Shown: piece after piece, positions 10,210 to 20,140 of the stretch
Numbering within the stretch: position 1 is the stretch's first letter
How the letters are laid out: each line of letters opens with the position of its first letter
From: Candidatus Babelota bacterium
Lineage (GTDB): Bacteria > Babelota > Babeliae > Babelales > Vermiphilaceae
Direction: 5' to 3'
NCBI GenBank assembly: GCA_049325595.1
Contig: JBMOLF010000001.1
Location: 64,001 to 128,000, forward strand
Length of the DNA: 64,000 nucleotides
Translations under genes and position numbers: made by a program
Notes under the pieces: model-generated
What the model saw: the letters and a program-made list of their open reading frames with translations, nothing else
Told to the model about the DNA's origin: nothing
Databases searched by the model: none

Positions 10210-11340
10210 TTAAATTCCCATCCGTCTTTTTTTCATACTTTTTTGAGAAATGGTGATCTGGTGTTTATGCTCGATCGCCATTTTTGTTATTAAATGGTAA
10301 AAAAAATCGCGATCAGGGCCTTTTATTACCGCCTGTTCATGAGCCTCAGCTAATGCTACAGGATAGCCTCTTCCTTTTATTGATTGATCAACAATAATAC
10401 GTGAAATCATCTCAAGTAAATCTGACCGTTGTGCAACCCATGCAGGAACTTCAATACGAACAATTTCCGTGTCTACATCTAAGTAAAAAAAATGCGGAGC
10501 ATTATGAGGTGGATATAAATGAGTAATAGCTGCATTGTTTTTAAATATAATTGAGCGGGTAAAGCTATCTAAATACAATCGTGCGATAGTTGCATCAACC
10601 ACCGTATCAAGCTGAGCAAGTTCAGGATCTGCGCTTTGTGCATTGCCATTTGTTATACCAAGCTTTAATAAATTTACCAATTCTTTGCTCTTAGGCAAAC
10701 TAATGTACCCTGCTAATGGGATACCCGCTTGATAAAACTTATCAAGAGCAACTAAGTATTTATGTAAAAAGAAATCTTTAAGCACCGCATCTTTAGATTC
10801 TAAATGCCAAAAAATAAGTGAGCCATCAAACAAAAATAATAAAGGATCATCTGGATATTGCTTCTTTAAAGCTAAAGAGCGATCCAATCCGATAGAAAAT
10901 TCAAGCTCCTGTCTTCTACAATTAACAAGCTCATTTGAATCTGCACTCACTAACTCATCTTCAACCCCGGTGTATAAAAAGGGTTGGGAATCAAGTTTAA
11001 TAGCTTTGCCCTCAGTGCCATAACCAAGTTCAACAGTGCCAATATTAATTAAAAAACAGGAAGTACCTTGGTGACGATCTGGATATACTTGCGAACCGTC
11101 AACACCTAGCACCCGATAGTGTTCCATTGGGTGAGGAACCACAATAGCATCACCTAAAGGTTCTTGCCAGTGAGGAATAAGCCAGGCACTTGATGCGTGC
11201 CTTGCCTTATACATAAACAAAGGATCATTACATAACTGATTCCACCAGGCTCGAATAAAGTCTATGTTAAAAGTAGGAGCAACAAAAATATGCTCTTTTT
11301 GAGCTTGTAATTCCTGAAGTATACGTGCACGGTTTAACAT
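10210..11340 (-). CDS. nurA: NurA-family nuclease
   Basis: GVDGSQ, LFDGSL, GYP.AL.EAHEQA.I motifs typical of NurA. Confidence 0.85.
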   Translation of the reverse strand: MLNRARILQELQAQKEHIFVAPTFNIDFIRAWWNQLCNDPLFMYKARHASSAWLIPHWQEPLGDAIVVPHPMEHYRVLGVDGSQVYPDRHQGTSCFLINIGTVELGYGTEGKAIKLDSQPFLYTGVEDELVSADSNELVNCRRQELEFSIGLDRSLALKKQYPDDPLLFLFDGSLIFWHLESKDAVLKDFFLHKYLVALDKFYQAGIPLAGYISLPKSKELVNLLKLGITNGNAQSADPELAQLDTVVDATIARLYLDSFTRSIIFKNNAAITHLYPPHNAPHFFYLDVDTEIVRIEVPAWVAQRSDLLEMISRIIVDQSIKGRGYPVALAEAHEQAVIKGPDRDFFYHLITKMAIEHKHQITISQKSMKKRRMGI

Positions 11341-11342
11341 GG

Positions 11343-11717
11343 TTATTCTCGCGTTTTATAGGAAGTTGCTCCCTCTTGCAATGCAATAAGAGCAATTAAT
11401 GCACAGCGTAAGCGATTGGGGCCCAATGAAATACCAATTAAATTTAAAAGATCTTCAGTCGAAAAAGAGAAAATAGCTTCTATTGGCTTACCTATAAACT
11501 GCTCACATAGCAACGATGCAGTAGCTTGACTAATAACACATCCTGACCCTTGAAAAGCGAGATCAACCACAATCTCGTTTTCAATAATGCCTTCAAAAGA
11601 GACTCGATCTCCACATGAAGGATTATATTGCTCTGATACCAAATTGGGCTCTTTGAGCATTTTTCTATGCGGGGAGTGTTTATAATGATCAATAAGTGCT
11701 TGGTGATAGATATTCAC
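11343..11717 (-). CDS. sufU: SufU/IscU-like Fe-S scaffold or sulfur-transfer protein
   Basis: NPSCGD, G.GC.ISQA.AS, R.RCA motifs. Confidence 0.9.
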   Translation of the reverse strand: MNIYHQALIDHYKHSPHRKMLKEPNLVSEQYNPSCGDRVSFEGIIENEIVVDLAFQGSGCVISQATASLLCEQFIGKPIEAIFSFSTEDLLNLIGISLGPNRLRCALIALIALQEGATSYKTRE

Positions 11718-11801
11718 TCAGATTATCCTCCTATACCTTATCTAGTATAGCGTAGCTTGCGTTATTGAAAAACCCCCAAGCACTTATTTTATCGTATCGT
11801 C

Positions 11802-12590
11802 TTAGTTTTCCTCAGGTACAGGGTGCCCAAGATACTCACTTAATCGTCTAATATGGGCCATAAGAAGCTCAAGCTGGGACATATTGGTCGTCACCGCATT
11901 CTTAAGACGCTTTAAGCTTTGAGCTGATTCTTGTTCAATTTGTTTCCAATAATCTTTGACTACATTATTGTTCCTACCATAGTTATCAAGTAAATGCGCT
12001 ACTTGATCATCAATACGAGCACGTTCTTGTTGGTATTGTGAAATAACCTGAGCTAGGGCTTCTTTTAAATCAACAACAGCTAAAGTATATTGCTTAAGCT
12101 CTTGTTCGGACAATGCACGTTGTTCTAATGCATGAGCTGCGCGAGCAAATTCTTGCACTAATTTTTCCATATTACCAAACGCGCTACTTACTTGAGATAA
12201 AATCTCTAATAAACTGGCAAGCTCATTTTGTAATTTTTCTCGATCATACTGATCTTCATATTTGGCATTGATCACTCGATTGCGTGCAAACGTAAATTGG
12301 CGATCTAATTCAGCCATTGTGGTTGCAAGATTTTGAGCATGTTCTTGTGAAGATTGATTAATAAGCTGTTTAATTTCAGTTGCCGTAGTACGTGGTGGTT
12401 GACCAGCAATTTCATGCCATAATCCAACGATACCATCTTTTAAGGATGGATTATCAATATTAAGAATTGCATGCAATTTTTCTAGGGTAGTTGGCACTCG
12501 CTCCTGATCAGTTTGCGCTAAAAATGAAACAGGATAACCAATCACTAATACATACAACAACAATCGTTTCCCCTGCTTCATATGCACCAC
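11802..12590 (-). CDS. Hypothetical secreted coiled-coil protein
   Basis: 262-aa ORF, N-terminal hydrophobic segment, helical heptads. Confidence 0.7.
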   Translation of the reverse strand: MVHMKQGKRLLLYVLVIGYPVSFLAQTDQERVPTTLEKLHAILNIDNPSLKDGIVGLWHEIAGQPPRTTATEIKQLINQSSQEHAQNLATTMAELDRQFTFARNRVINAKYEDQYDREKLQNELASLLEILSQVSSAFGNMEKLVQEFARAAHALEQRALSEQELKQYTLAVVDLKEALAQVISQYQQERARIDDQVAHLLDNYGRNNNVVKDYWKQIEQESAQSLKRLKNAVTTNMSQLELLMAHIRRLSEYLGHPVPEEN

Positions 12591-12758
12591 TCCTTCTTTA
12601 CCAGTATTTTTTATTTCTAACGTTAATTAGTGTGTGCTGGATAAAATGAACAAGTCAAGCTATTGTTAAATTTAAATTATTAAAAAATATTCAATTTTGA
12701 TTTCTTCAAAAATTTAACTTATATTTTCATTATCTATCAATCAAAAAAACAACCATTA

Positions 12759-13586
12759 ATGCAAAAAGTTCTTATGAAAAAAATATTTTTTATTATAGCT
12801 ATCTTGAATTGTTTATCACTAATCAATGCTGCAGAGCATAATCCTACTCAAATTGCAAGCCAAAACCCTCCTACACAAACGGCATTATATTACGCTAGTA
12901 AATATTGTAAAAATCTTCCTGTAGCAGAAAAAAAGATGTGGTTTCTTTTCAATACACTAACTCCCATACAAGACATTGCAAAAGAATTAAAGTCAATTTC
13001 CTATACAGAAAAAGAATTAAGTGAAATAGATAAAGAAAATCAGAGGGTACATGAACAAATTTTATCTATTATAAAAACAAATATGACACTGCAACAAAAT
13101 GAGCAAATAACCGCTATAATAAAATCACTTGAAAACAAAAGAGAACAAAAATTAGCTTGGATCGATAGCTTATATCAAAAAACATGTAAGGTTATTTATG
13201 AGCTATATAAGATACTAGCAGAAAATTGTGATGTTACCCATAATCCTGCATTGCAGCAAAAAAAAGAATCTCCAGCAAAATATGACCATTCAACATTTTG
13301 TCAAGTACTAACTAATAGTACCAAACAACCTTTAAAAGGACTTTTACACAAAAAAAATAATCCTTTCAAATTTAATGGCAAAAATTCAGCGCAATCAAAG
13401 CTAAAAAATGTTTATGATGGATATCATTTTGATTCACAAACTCATACGAAAGATCCAATTAATTGTAATGTAAATCCAAAAAATATTTTTTCTGCATCTT
13501 TAAGAAATAAAGAAATTAAAGATAATTACGATTTATTTTCACCATACAAAGAATTAATCAATGAATCGGTGTGGTATAGAAAATAA
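12759..13586 (+). CDS. Hypothetical secreted protein
   Basis: MKKIFFIIAILNCLSLINA signal peptide. Confidence 0.7.
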   Translation: MQKVLMKKIFFIIAILNCLSLINAAEHNPTQIASQNPPTQTALYYASKYCKNLPVAEKKMWFLFNTLTPIQDIAKELKSISYTEKELSEIDKENQRVHEQILSIIKTNMTLQQNEQITAIIKSLENKREQKLAWIDSLYQKTCKVIYELYKILAENCDVTHNPALQQKKESPAKYDHSTFCQVLTNSTKQPLKGLLHKKNNPFKFNGKNSAQSKLKNVYDGYHFDSQTHTKDPINCNVNPKNIFSASLRNKEIKDNYDLFSPYKELINESVWYRK

Positions 13587-13684
13587 TTTTTTTATTATCA
13601 ATTTCAAAAACAATTTTTGATCTTTTGAACATGATTTGAGAAAATGTATACCATGCATTTAGAACATTCAATCAGGGAAAAATC

Positions 13685-14680
13685 ATGAAAAAATTATTAT
13701 TATTTTTTTGCACACTAATAGGAATTCATTACACAAATACCATGGAGAAGTGGGATAATGCATACAATCAAACGATGTCTATTAAACCTGGTATGTCTTA
13801 CGAAGAACAAGAACAAATTTTATCACAAGCTCACAATAATTTGTCTCAATTTAACACTCAATTACGCCAAAATCCAGTTGGTGTAATAGCAAATAATCAA
13901 AATAAACAAAGAGCAGAACAATGGGAATCAAAAAATAATTTGCCACAAAATTGCGATAATAATAACGATGCTCGGTCAAATGAACAAAATGAACTTAATG
14001 ACCATCTAGTTCGTGATTTTATAAGCTGGGCAGAAGACCATACCGCACGTCAAGAAAAACAACGTAAAGATTTTGATGCGCTTGCAAAGAAAGCGATTGA
14101 GGATGCAAAAAAAATGAATCCTCCTCTACTCAATCACAAAAAAGCTCTGTTATTAGCTGGGGCATCATGTACCGCATTAAGTGGATGGGTAGCTTATAAA
14201 AACAGAGAACGCATTGCAGAATATTACAACAGAATCGACCCTAAAAAACTAGCAAAAACATGCTTATATATTGGTTGTGGATCGGCAGTATTTATTGCAG
14301 GATTATATGGTTACAAAAAATTAACTACTTTGAACTGGAGCAGCAAAAACAAATTAGAAGAACCTGAAATAGTGATTATTCCTACAAGGGCAACCACATC
14401 TAAAAGAGAATATCAGGACCACGCACAAGAAATGAGAGAAAAATATAATATTCCTAAGCGTGAAAGAAATAACCACAATTCATCACGAAGAAATAATAAT
14501 AATTATTTTCAGGAAGCTAAAGAAGAAATACAGGCTGATTGGGAACATTTAAAAAAGACCACTAAAGATACTATAGAAGAGGCGCCAGAACTTTTAGAAG
14601 AAATCGGAGAAGATATTAAAAACAGTTTTAAACGTGGATGGCGCAAATTTAAAAAATTGGTTGAAAAATTAATCAATTAA
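13685..14680 (+). CDS. Hypothetical secreted/membrane protein
   Basis: Signal peptide, two internal hydrophobic segments, basic amphipathic C-terminus. Confidence 0.75.
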   Translation: MKKLLLFFCTLIGIHYTNTMEKWDNAYNQTMSIKPGMSYEEQEQILSQAHNNLSQFNTQLRQNPVGVIANNQNKQRAEQWESKNNLPQNCDNNNDARSNEQNELNDHLVRDFISWAEDHTARQEKQRKDFDALAKKAIEDAKKMNPPLLNHKKALLLAGASCTALSGWVAYKNRERIAEYYNRIDPKKLAKTCLYIGCGSAVFIAGLYGYKKLTTLNWSSKNKLEEPEIVIIPTRATTSKREYQDHAQEMREKYNIPKRERNNHNSSRRNNNNYFQEAKEEIQADWEHLKKTTKDTIEEAPELLEEIGEDIKNSFKRGWRKFKKLVEKLIN

Positions 14681-14682
14681 TC

Positions 14683-14724
14683 TAAGTAAAAAAGCGTTTT
14701 TAAGCTAAAACGCTTTTTTACTTA
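14683..14724. terminator. Intrinsic terminator (bidirectional-type hairpin)
   Basis: 18-bp perfect inverted repeat TAAGTAAAAAAGCGTTTT / AAAACGCTTTTTTACTTA with a 6-nt loop, directly after the stop at 14680. Confidence 0.85.
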
Positions 14725-14733
14725 ATTGTAGAT

Positions 14734-15081
14734 TTGCTAACAGGATTAAAAATGTATAGATACATAAACAAACAATATCTCATTCTATTATTGATTGTTA
14801 TAAAATATACAAATGTGCGCGCAATGGATAAATCTCAATCTGTCTTTGGTCTAGGGTATCACCCTACTATCAATACTCTTGCCAAAATACGGGATCAAAA
14901 ACCTCTTGAATGGTGTAGTTTACCGTACACTAGAATATTTAATAGAGGAATTAATCCGGTAAAAATCAAAATACCCAATATAGCACTGTTAAACACTACC
15001 AATGCAGAATGGCATAAAAAAACTCTTCAGGCATGGCTGCGAGCAAAAAATCATAAAAATAAATTTTTCTCAGCAAAATAA
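14734..15081 (+). CDS. Hypothetical secreted protein
   Basis: 115-aa ORF with signal-like N-terminus ending RAMD. Confidence 0.5.
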   Translation: MLTGLKMYRYINKQYLILLLIVIKYTNVRAMDKSQSVFGLGYHPTINTLAKIRDQKPLEWCSLPYTRIFNRGINPVKIKIPNIALLNTTNAEWHKKTLQAWLRAKNHKNKFFSAK

Positions 15082-15229
15082 ATCTGCTCTAGATAGTTTT
15101 TACTTAAAAGAGCAGTACAAACAGTCAACAATTATAAAAATTGCTTATTTATCGCTATTTTTTCGTTTATTGCGCTTTTCGCTCCTTGTGATAGCCTGAT
15201 AATAGGTTATCATTAAAAATTTCCTATAA

Positions 15230-16093
15230 ATGGGGGAAAATTACGTGATTATGAATAAAAAATCATTTTTATTTGTTTTTTTTATATTATTTGCCGGGCT
15301 TACCACTAAACCACTCAATGTCATCTTTGACATGGGAGGAGTACTTGCCGAAACTAATACACTTGGTTTTTTGTGGGAAGTAGGACCTTTAAAAATTATT
15401 CTAAATACTCTATTCACCCAAAAAAATCCTCGTACCGTACTTTATAAATTTTTAGATACTCTAATTGTTCGCAATGAGCACGAAACCAAGGCTCGTGATG
15501 ATAAAGGCAATTATGTACCTCAAATTATGTGTGAATGGCTCAAAGGGACCTTAACACCTCAAGAAATTTATGATCTGATAGCCAAATCGATTGATGAACA
15601 TCCAGAGTTTTTCATGAATGAAACTGATCAAGAAGTTATTAAATCAATTGCTCGTACTATGTTTAATCCCGAGACTTTTATAAAAACACGCGTACTTTTG
15701 CAAGAGAGTATCGATTTTGTAAAACGCTGCAAAGAACAAGGACATTCCGTTTATATTTTATCAAACTGGGATGCCATATCATTTCCACTTTTATTAGAAC
15801 AAAACCCTGAATTTGCACAACTCTTTAAAGATCACATAGTTGTTTCAGGAGCAATTGGCCTTATCAAACCCAATCCAGCAATTTATTACTATTTGCTCAA
15901 TACCTACAAGCTTAATCCTACCGATTGTGTTTTTATCGACGATCAGCTTGAAAATATCATCGCTGCTCGCGATGTTGGTATGCATGCAATTCATTGCACT
16001 AAAGTAAAAGGTTTAATTGGGAGCAGCCCTGATATTGCGTCAGTTCAAGAACAGTTTGATCAATTGTGTGCTCAAAAACTAACTACCGCTTAA
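15230..16093 (+). CDS. HAD-superfamily phosphatase with N-terminal signal/TM
   Basis: IFDMGGVL motif I, LSNW motif II, KP.P.IY and FIDD..EN motifs III/IV. Confidence 0.9.
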   Translation: MGENYVIMNKKSFLFVFFILFAGLTTKPLNVIFDMGGVLAETNTLGFLWEVGPLKIILNTLFTQKNPRTVLYKFLDTLIVRNEHETKARDDKGNYVPQIMCEWLKGTLTPQEIYDLIAKSIDEHPEFFMNETDQEVIKSIARTMFNPETFIKTRVLLQESIDFVKRCKEQGHSVYILSNWDAISFPLLLEQNPEFAQLFKDHIVVSGAIGLIKPNPAIYYYLLNTYKLNPTDCVFIDDQLENIIAARDVGMHAIHCTKVKGLIGSSPDIASVQEQFDQLCAQKLTTA

Positions 16094-16793
16094 GATTAAT
16101 TTTTGTTCCGTTATAAAATAGATGCAATTTACGCAAAATAGTAGGCACTGCCGCAAATAATCCCAGCATGACAAATGCTGCCAACACCTTGGGAGTAAAA
16201 ATATCATGCAATGAGTGTATTTGGGTAAGCTGTTTGCCCGTATATGCATAAATTAATGATGAGGGAATAATACCTAATGAGGTTGTCCATACAAACGTCC
16301 ATAAAGGAACTTTTGTTAATCCTGCCAAAATATTAATCACAAAAAAAGGTATCACAAAAATAAAACGTGTCATCATTAAATACCACCAACCTTTTTCATG
16401 AAATGCTTGGTTAAATGTAGCTAACTGACGCTCATATTTTTTTTGTAAAAAATGTCCAAACAAATAACGAACTGATAAAAAAGATATCGTAGCTCCGAGT
16501 GTTGCACCAATATTGGCATATAATGCACCGGGAATAACGCCAAATAAAAAGCCACCAAGTAACGTAAGTAATGCTGACAGTGGTAAAACGAGAATTACTT
16601 CAGTCATATAAGAAAGAATATACATTATAACTGATTTTATATAATGCGTTCGTACAAACAGCTCAAGATGTTTAATATTTTCTTGAATATTTTCGAGCGT
16701 TAATCGTTCTTTTAGACCATGTCGCCATAATAATGCAACACCAATTGCAGCTATGATAACAAAGATAAATCTATTACGGATTGTTGGATGCAT
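16083..16793 (-). CDS. TVP38/TMEM64 (VTT, DedA superfamily) membrane protein
   Basis: LTLLGGFLFG...G......GATLGA...F...RY, RF...PF..IN..AG, G..P motifs. Confidence 0.9.
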   Translation of the reverse strand: MHPTIRNRFIFVIIAAIGVALLWRHGLKERLTLENIQENIKHLELFVRTHYIKSVIMYILSYMTEVILVLPLSALLTLLGGFLFGVIPGALYANIGATLGATISFLSVRYLFGHFLQKKYERQLATFNQAFHEKGWWYLMMTRFIFVIPFFVINILAGLTKVPLWTFVWTTSLGIIPSSLIYAYTGKQLTQIHSLHDIFTPKVLAAFVMLGLFAAVPTILRKLHLFYNGTKINLKR

Positions 16794-17478
16794 GCTGTTT
16801 CCTGTTGCTAAATTTTTGAATCACAATAGGAATAATTGCAAGCAAGGCTAAAATTCCAAATAAAATCATAATTTCTTGAGAAAATATCTCTTTTACCGAT
16901 TCTATTTCGCCAAGTTTTTTACCCGCAAGCACACAAATAAAAATAAATGGCAATGAACCAATAGCCGTAATAATCAAAAATTTACCAAGTGTGATACCTG
17001 AGATAACAGCAAGCGTATTTACTACAAAAAAGGGAATTACTGAAAAAAAGAAAAGAACTAATAAATAGCTGGTTCCATACTTTGCAAAATTAGCTTTGAA
17101 TTTTTCTAATCGTGGGCCATGTTGCGCTTGCAACCAAGATTTAAATAATGTTTTAAGTAAGGTAAACGAACTGGCAGCTCCTATAACTGAACCAGCTTCC
17201 GAATAAGCAACTCCTTTAACTAATCCAAATAAATAACCTCCAAGCAGTGTAAGAGGTATTAATATAGGCAAGCCAAATGAAATAATAAGTGCGTAGAGCA
17301 AAATATAAATTGCCGCTGCGATGATTTGATTATTATCCACGGCAGCTTTTATAGCTACTTGCTTTGCTTGAATATTCTCAAGCGTTAACATTTTATATAC
17401 ACCAGTAGCGTAACCAATCAATAGTACTGAACTTAAAATACTAAGAACAATAAGAATTTTTTTTATATTGCCACTCAC
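16774..17478 (-). CDS. TVP38/TMEM64 (VTT, DedA superfamily) membrane protein, tandem paralog
   Basis: LTLENIQ, LTLLGGYLFG, PFFVVN motifs shared with neighbour. Confidence 0.88.
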   Translation of the reverse strand: MSGNIKKILIVLSILSSVLLIGYATGVYKMLTLENIQAKQVAIKAAVDNNQIIAAAIYILLYALIISFGLPILIPLTLLGGYLFGLVKGVAYSEAGSVIGAASSFTLLKTLFKSWLQAQHGPRLEKFKANFAKYGTSYLLVLFFFSVIPFFVVNTLAVISGITLGKFLIITAIGSLPFIFICVLAGKKLGEIESVKEIFSQEIMILFGILALLAIIPIVIQKFSNRKQHASNNP

Positions 17479-17556
17479 AATTCACCTTAAGCAGATAAAA
17501 GGGTTACCTGCTTAAGATGTCTTATTATTATTTCACAAATCAAGAATCTACTAAAT

Positions 17557-18846
17557 TCATTTTTTATAGGGTAATGCTGCCTGTTGCAAATTAGTACTAG
17601 AGTAGGCAAATGGTTTAGTTAGAAATTGATTAGGAAGTCCATGAAAAACTTGATTTTTTTGTTGCTCATCTGTTGATGTAGCATATTTTTTTGATGTATC
17701 AACTATAGTAAGAATTTGAGAAACACCTTTTCTCAATTCAGCTGTATGCACCGATTGATTTGATGCAAAATTCTCTAATGAATCTAATTGTTTTTTTTGA
17801 GATTTTTGTCCTTGCTCGATAGTATCCAACCGAGACATAACATTATCTAATATACCCTTAGTCTCTTTTACTTCTTGCTTAAGCAAAGTTATCTCTTGTC
17901 CATTTTCTAGTGTTAATTTGAGCAAACCATCTTGTTGTTTTTGCAAAAACTCATAATTTAATTGCGATTGAAATCTGAGCAATTGCTTATTGTTCATTTG
18001 ACTTATTTTTTTCCCTTTTTGTTCTGCAATATATTCTTCTGCTTCTGCATAACTACATTGGTAATACTGGCTTGCAATTAGCGTAATCTCACCAAGAAGC
18101 TGCTCTTTTTCAGAACTTATAGCTAATTCTTTTGCCTCTTTATCTTCATCAATTTCTTTTTTAAGCATTTGAAGATTGCTTGAAATGAGCTTTAATGATG
18201 TTTTAGTTTCTACATCAGCTAGTTTAAAATCTAATTTTAATGAATCAAGTCCTTTATCAATATCCTTTTTAAATTCGGCAAATTGCTTTTCTGTATCTGT
18301 TTTAATAGCATTAAGCGCTAAGGCAATATTTTGCTCTAATGTTTTGCGGGTTTGATCTTGTGAAATTTCGGTAGTTTTTTTAATTTCATCAAGGGCTAAT
18401 TCAAGTTGGTGTGTAAAATGTTCTTTTAATTCACCTATAACCTTTTGATCACCTTGAACCATTAATGCTTTTATTTCTTCATGGTTTTCTTCAATTGTTT
18501 TTCTTAGCTCATCAATTTTTTTACTTAATTTTTGAAATCCATACGCCACCGGACTCGTGAGTGTTCCTAACAATGCCGCTGCTGCATATGATTTGAGTAA
18601 CAGAAAAGCTAAAAAACCGCCGCCGCAGCCGCAGCCTACTGAAAAAGTAATAATACCTGCTGTCGCTATTTTATGATTACAGTCATATAAAAAATCTTTG
18701 GTCTTTTTATAACTACTTTTTAATGAATTATATGTTTTAAAAAATTCAAAACCATTATTCACTTCCATCGGCATAATTGATGAGGTAGAAAATAGTATCA
18801 AGATTATGGAAAGCAAAAAATTTTTTGATTGAACAAAAGAATGCAT
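17557..18846 (-). CDS. Hypothetical secreted protein with hydrophobic hairpin and long coiled coil
   Basis: Signal peptide, Gly/Ala-rich bilobed hydrophobic region, ~300-aa heptad-rich region. Confidence 0.75.
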   Translation of the reverse strand: MHSFVQSKNFLLSIILILFSTSSIMPMEVNNGFEFFKTYNSLKSSYKKTKDFLYDCNHKIATAGIITFSVGCGCGGGFLAFLLLKSYAAAALLGTLTSPVAYGFQKLSKKIDELRKTIEENHEEIKALMVQGDQKVIGELKEHFTHQLELALDEIKKTTEISQDQTRKTLEQNIALALNAIKTDTEKQFAEFKKDIDKGLDSLKLDFKLADVETKTSLKLISSNLQMLKKEIDEDKEAKELAISSEKEQLLGEITLIASQYYQCSYAEAEEYIAEQKGKKISQMNNKQLLRFQSQLNYEFLQKQQDGLLKLTLENGQEITLLKQEVKETKGILDNVMSRLDTIEQGQKSQKKQLDSLENFASNQSVHTAELRKGVSQILTIVDTSKKYATSTDEQQKNQVFHGLPNQFLTKPFAYSSTNLQQAALPYKK

Positions 18847-18912
18847 GTAAAACCCCTGGATGTATGTGCAAAGATAATCAAAAAATAGTTATTAACTTAT
18901 ATAACTTACTTT

Positions 18913-20133
18913 TTAAAAGTATTTTGAGCTACAAAGCTTTTCAATGAGTATAATTAACTGGTCTATTTCTTCAAGCAAATTGTAACAATAGAAACTTGCT
19001 CTCACTGATGCATCAAGCCCTAAACGCTGTGCTAACGGCTGCGCACAATAATGGCCAGCACGCATATAAACACCGTTATTACCTAAATATGTAGCAACAT
19101 CATGAGCATGTATACCATCGATGGTAAAACTTACTAAATGCCCGTGTTGCTTAAGTTGCTCAATAGGCCCGAGAACTTTTACGCGAGAAATTGTTTGTAA
19201 TCCCTCAATTAATCGAGAACACAATGCAGCTTCATGAATGCGCAACGTGTCAAAAGGAACATTTTTTTCAAGATAAGAAATTGCAGCACTAAGACCAATT
19301 GCTTGGGCTATAGGAGGGGTTCCTGCTTCAAATTTTTGCGGTGATTTTAACCACGTAGCCGTATATTTTTCAACATTAAATACCATGCCACCACCAAATT
19401 GATATGGCTGCATTTTGTCGTGCAAATGAGCAGCAATATATAATATACCAATTCCCGTAGGTGCTAACATTTTGTGTCCACCAAAGACCAGAAAATCTGG
19501 TTGTAGTAGTTGTATATCTATAAGTTGGTGCGGCGCAGACTGAGCAGCATCGATTAAACACAATGCTCTTACTGCATGCGCTCGTTCAATGATAGGCTTA
19601 ATATCAATATGAGTTCCTAGTGCATTTGAAACGTGAGTAATTGCAACCAATTTTGTTCTGGTGTTTATTATTGATTCTAAGTCTTGCGTATTAAGCAAGC
19701 CATTATTATAAATGGGAATAAACTTTAATTTCGCACCAGTCGCTTTACATACTTGTTGCCAAGGAACTAAGTTTGAATGATGTTCAAGTTCCGTAACTAA
19801 AATCTCGTCGCCTTCTTTTAGGTTGTGTAGTGCCCATGCCGTTGCAACAGCATTAATGCCTTCGGTAGTTCCTTTGGTAAAAATTATTTCGTTTGGATTT
19901 GCATTAATAAACTGAGCAACATGCGCACGTGCTTGTTCATAAAGTTCTGTAACTTTTTCTGCTGCGGCATACACACTACGGTGAATTGGGGCATTATCGT
20001 AGGTATAAAAATGAGAAATTGCATCTATTACGGCTAAGGGCTTTTGAGTCGTTGCAGCATTATCAAAATAAATAATCGGTTTATCATTAACACGTTGTTG
20101 TAAAAAAGGAAAGTCGCTTTGCAAATGTTTCAT
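18913..20133 (-). CDS. sufS: Cysteine desulfurase SufS
   Basis: YFDNAATTQKP, EHHSN..PW, DAAQ, GHKM (PLP Lys), RAGHYCAQP. Confidence 0.96.
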   Translation of the reverse strand: MKHLQSDFPFLQQRVNDKPIIYFDNAATTQKPLAVIDAISHFYTYDNAPIHRSVYAAAEKVTELYEQARAHVAQFINANPNEIIFTKGTTEGINAVATAWALHNLKEGDEILVTELEHHSNLVPWQQVCKATGAKLKFIPIYNNGLLNTQDLESIINTRTKLVAITHVSNALGTHIDIKPIIERAHAVRALCLIDAAQSAPHQLIDIQLLQPDFLVFGGHKMLAPTGIGILYIAAHLHDKMQPYQFGGGMVFNVEKYTATWLKSPQKFEAGTPPIAQAIGLSAAISYLEKNVPFDTLRIHEAALCSRLIEGLQTISRVKVLGPIEQLKQHGHLVSFTIDGIHAHDVATYLGNNGVYMRAGHYCAQPLAQRLGLDASVRASFYCYNLLEEIDQLIILIEKLCSSKYF

Positions 20134-20140
20134 GATTTCC

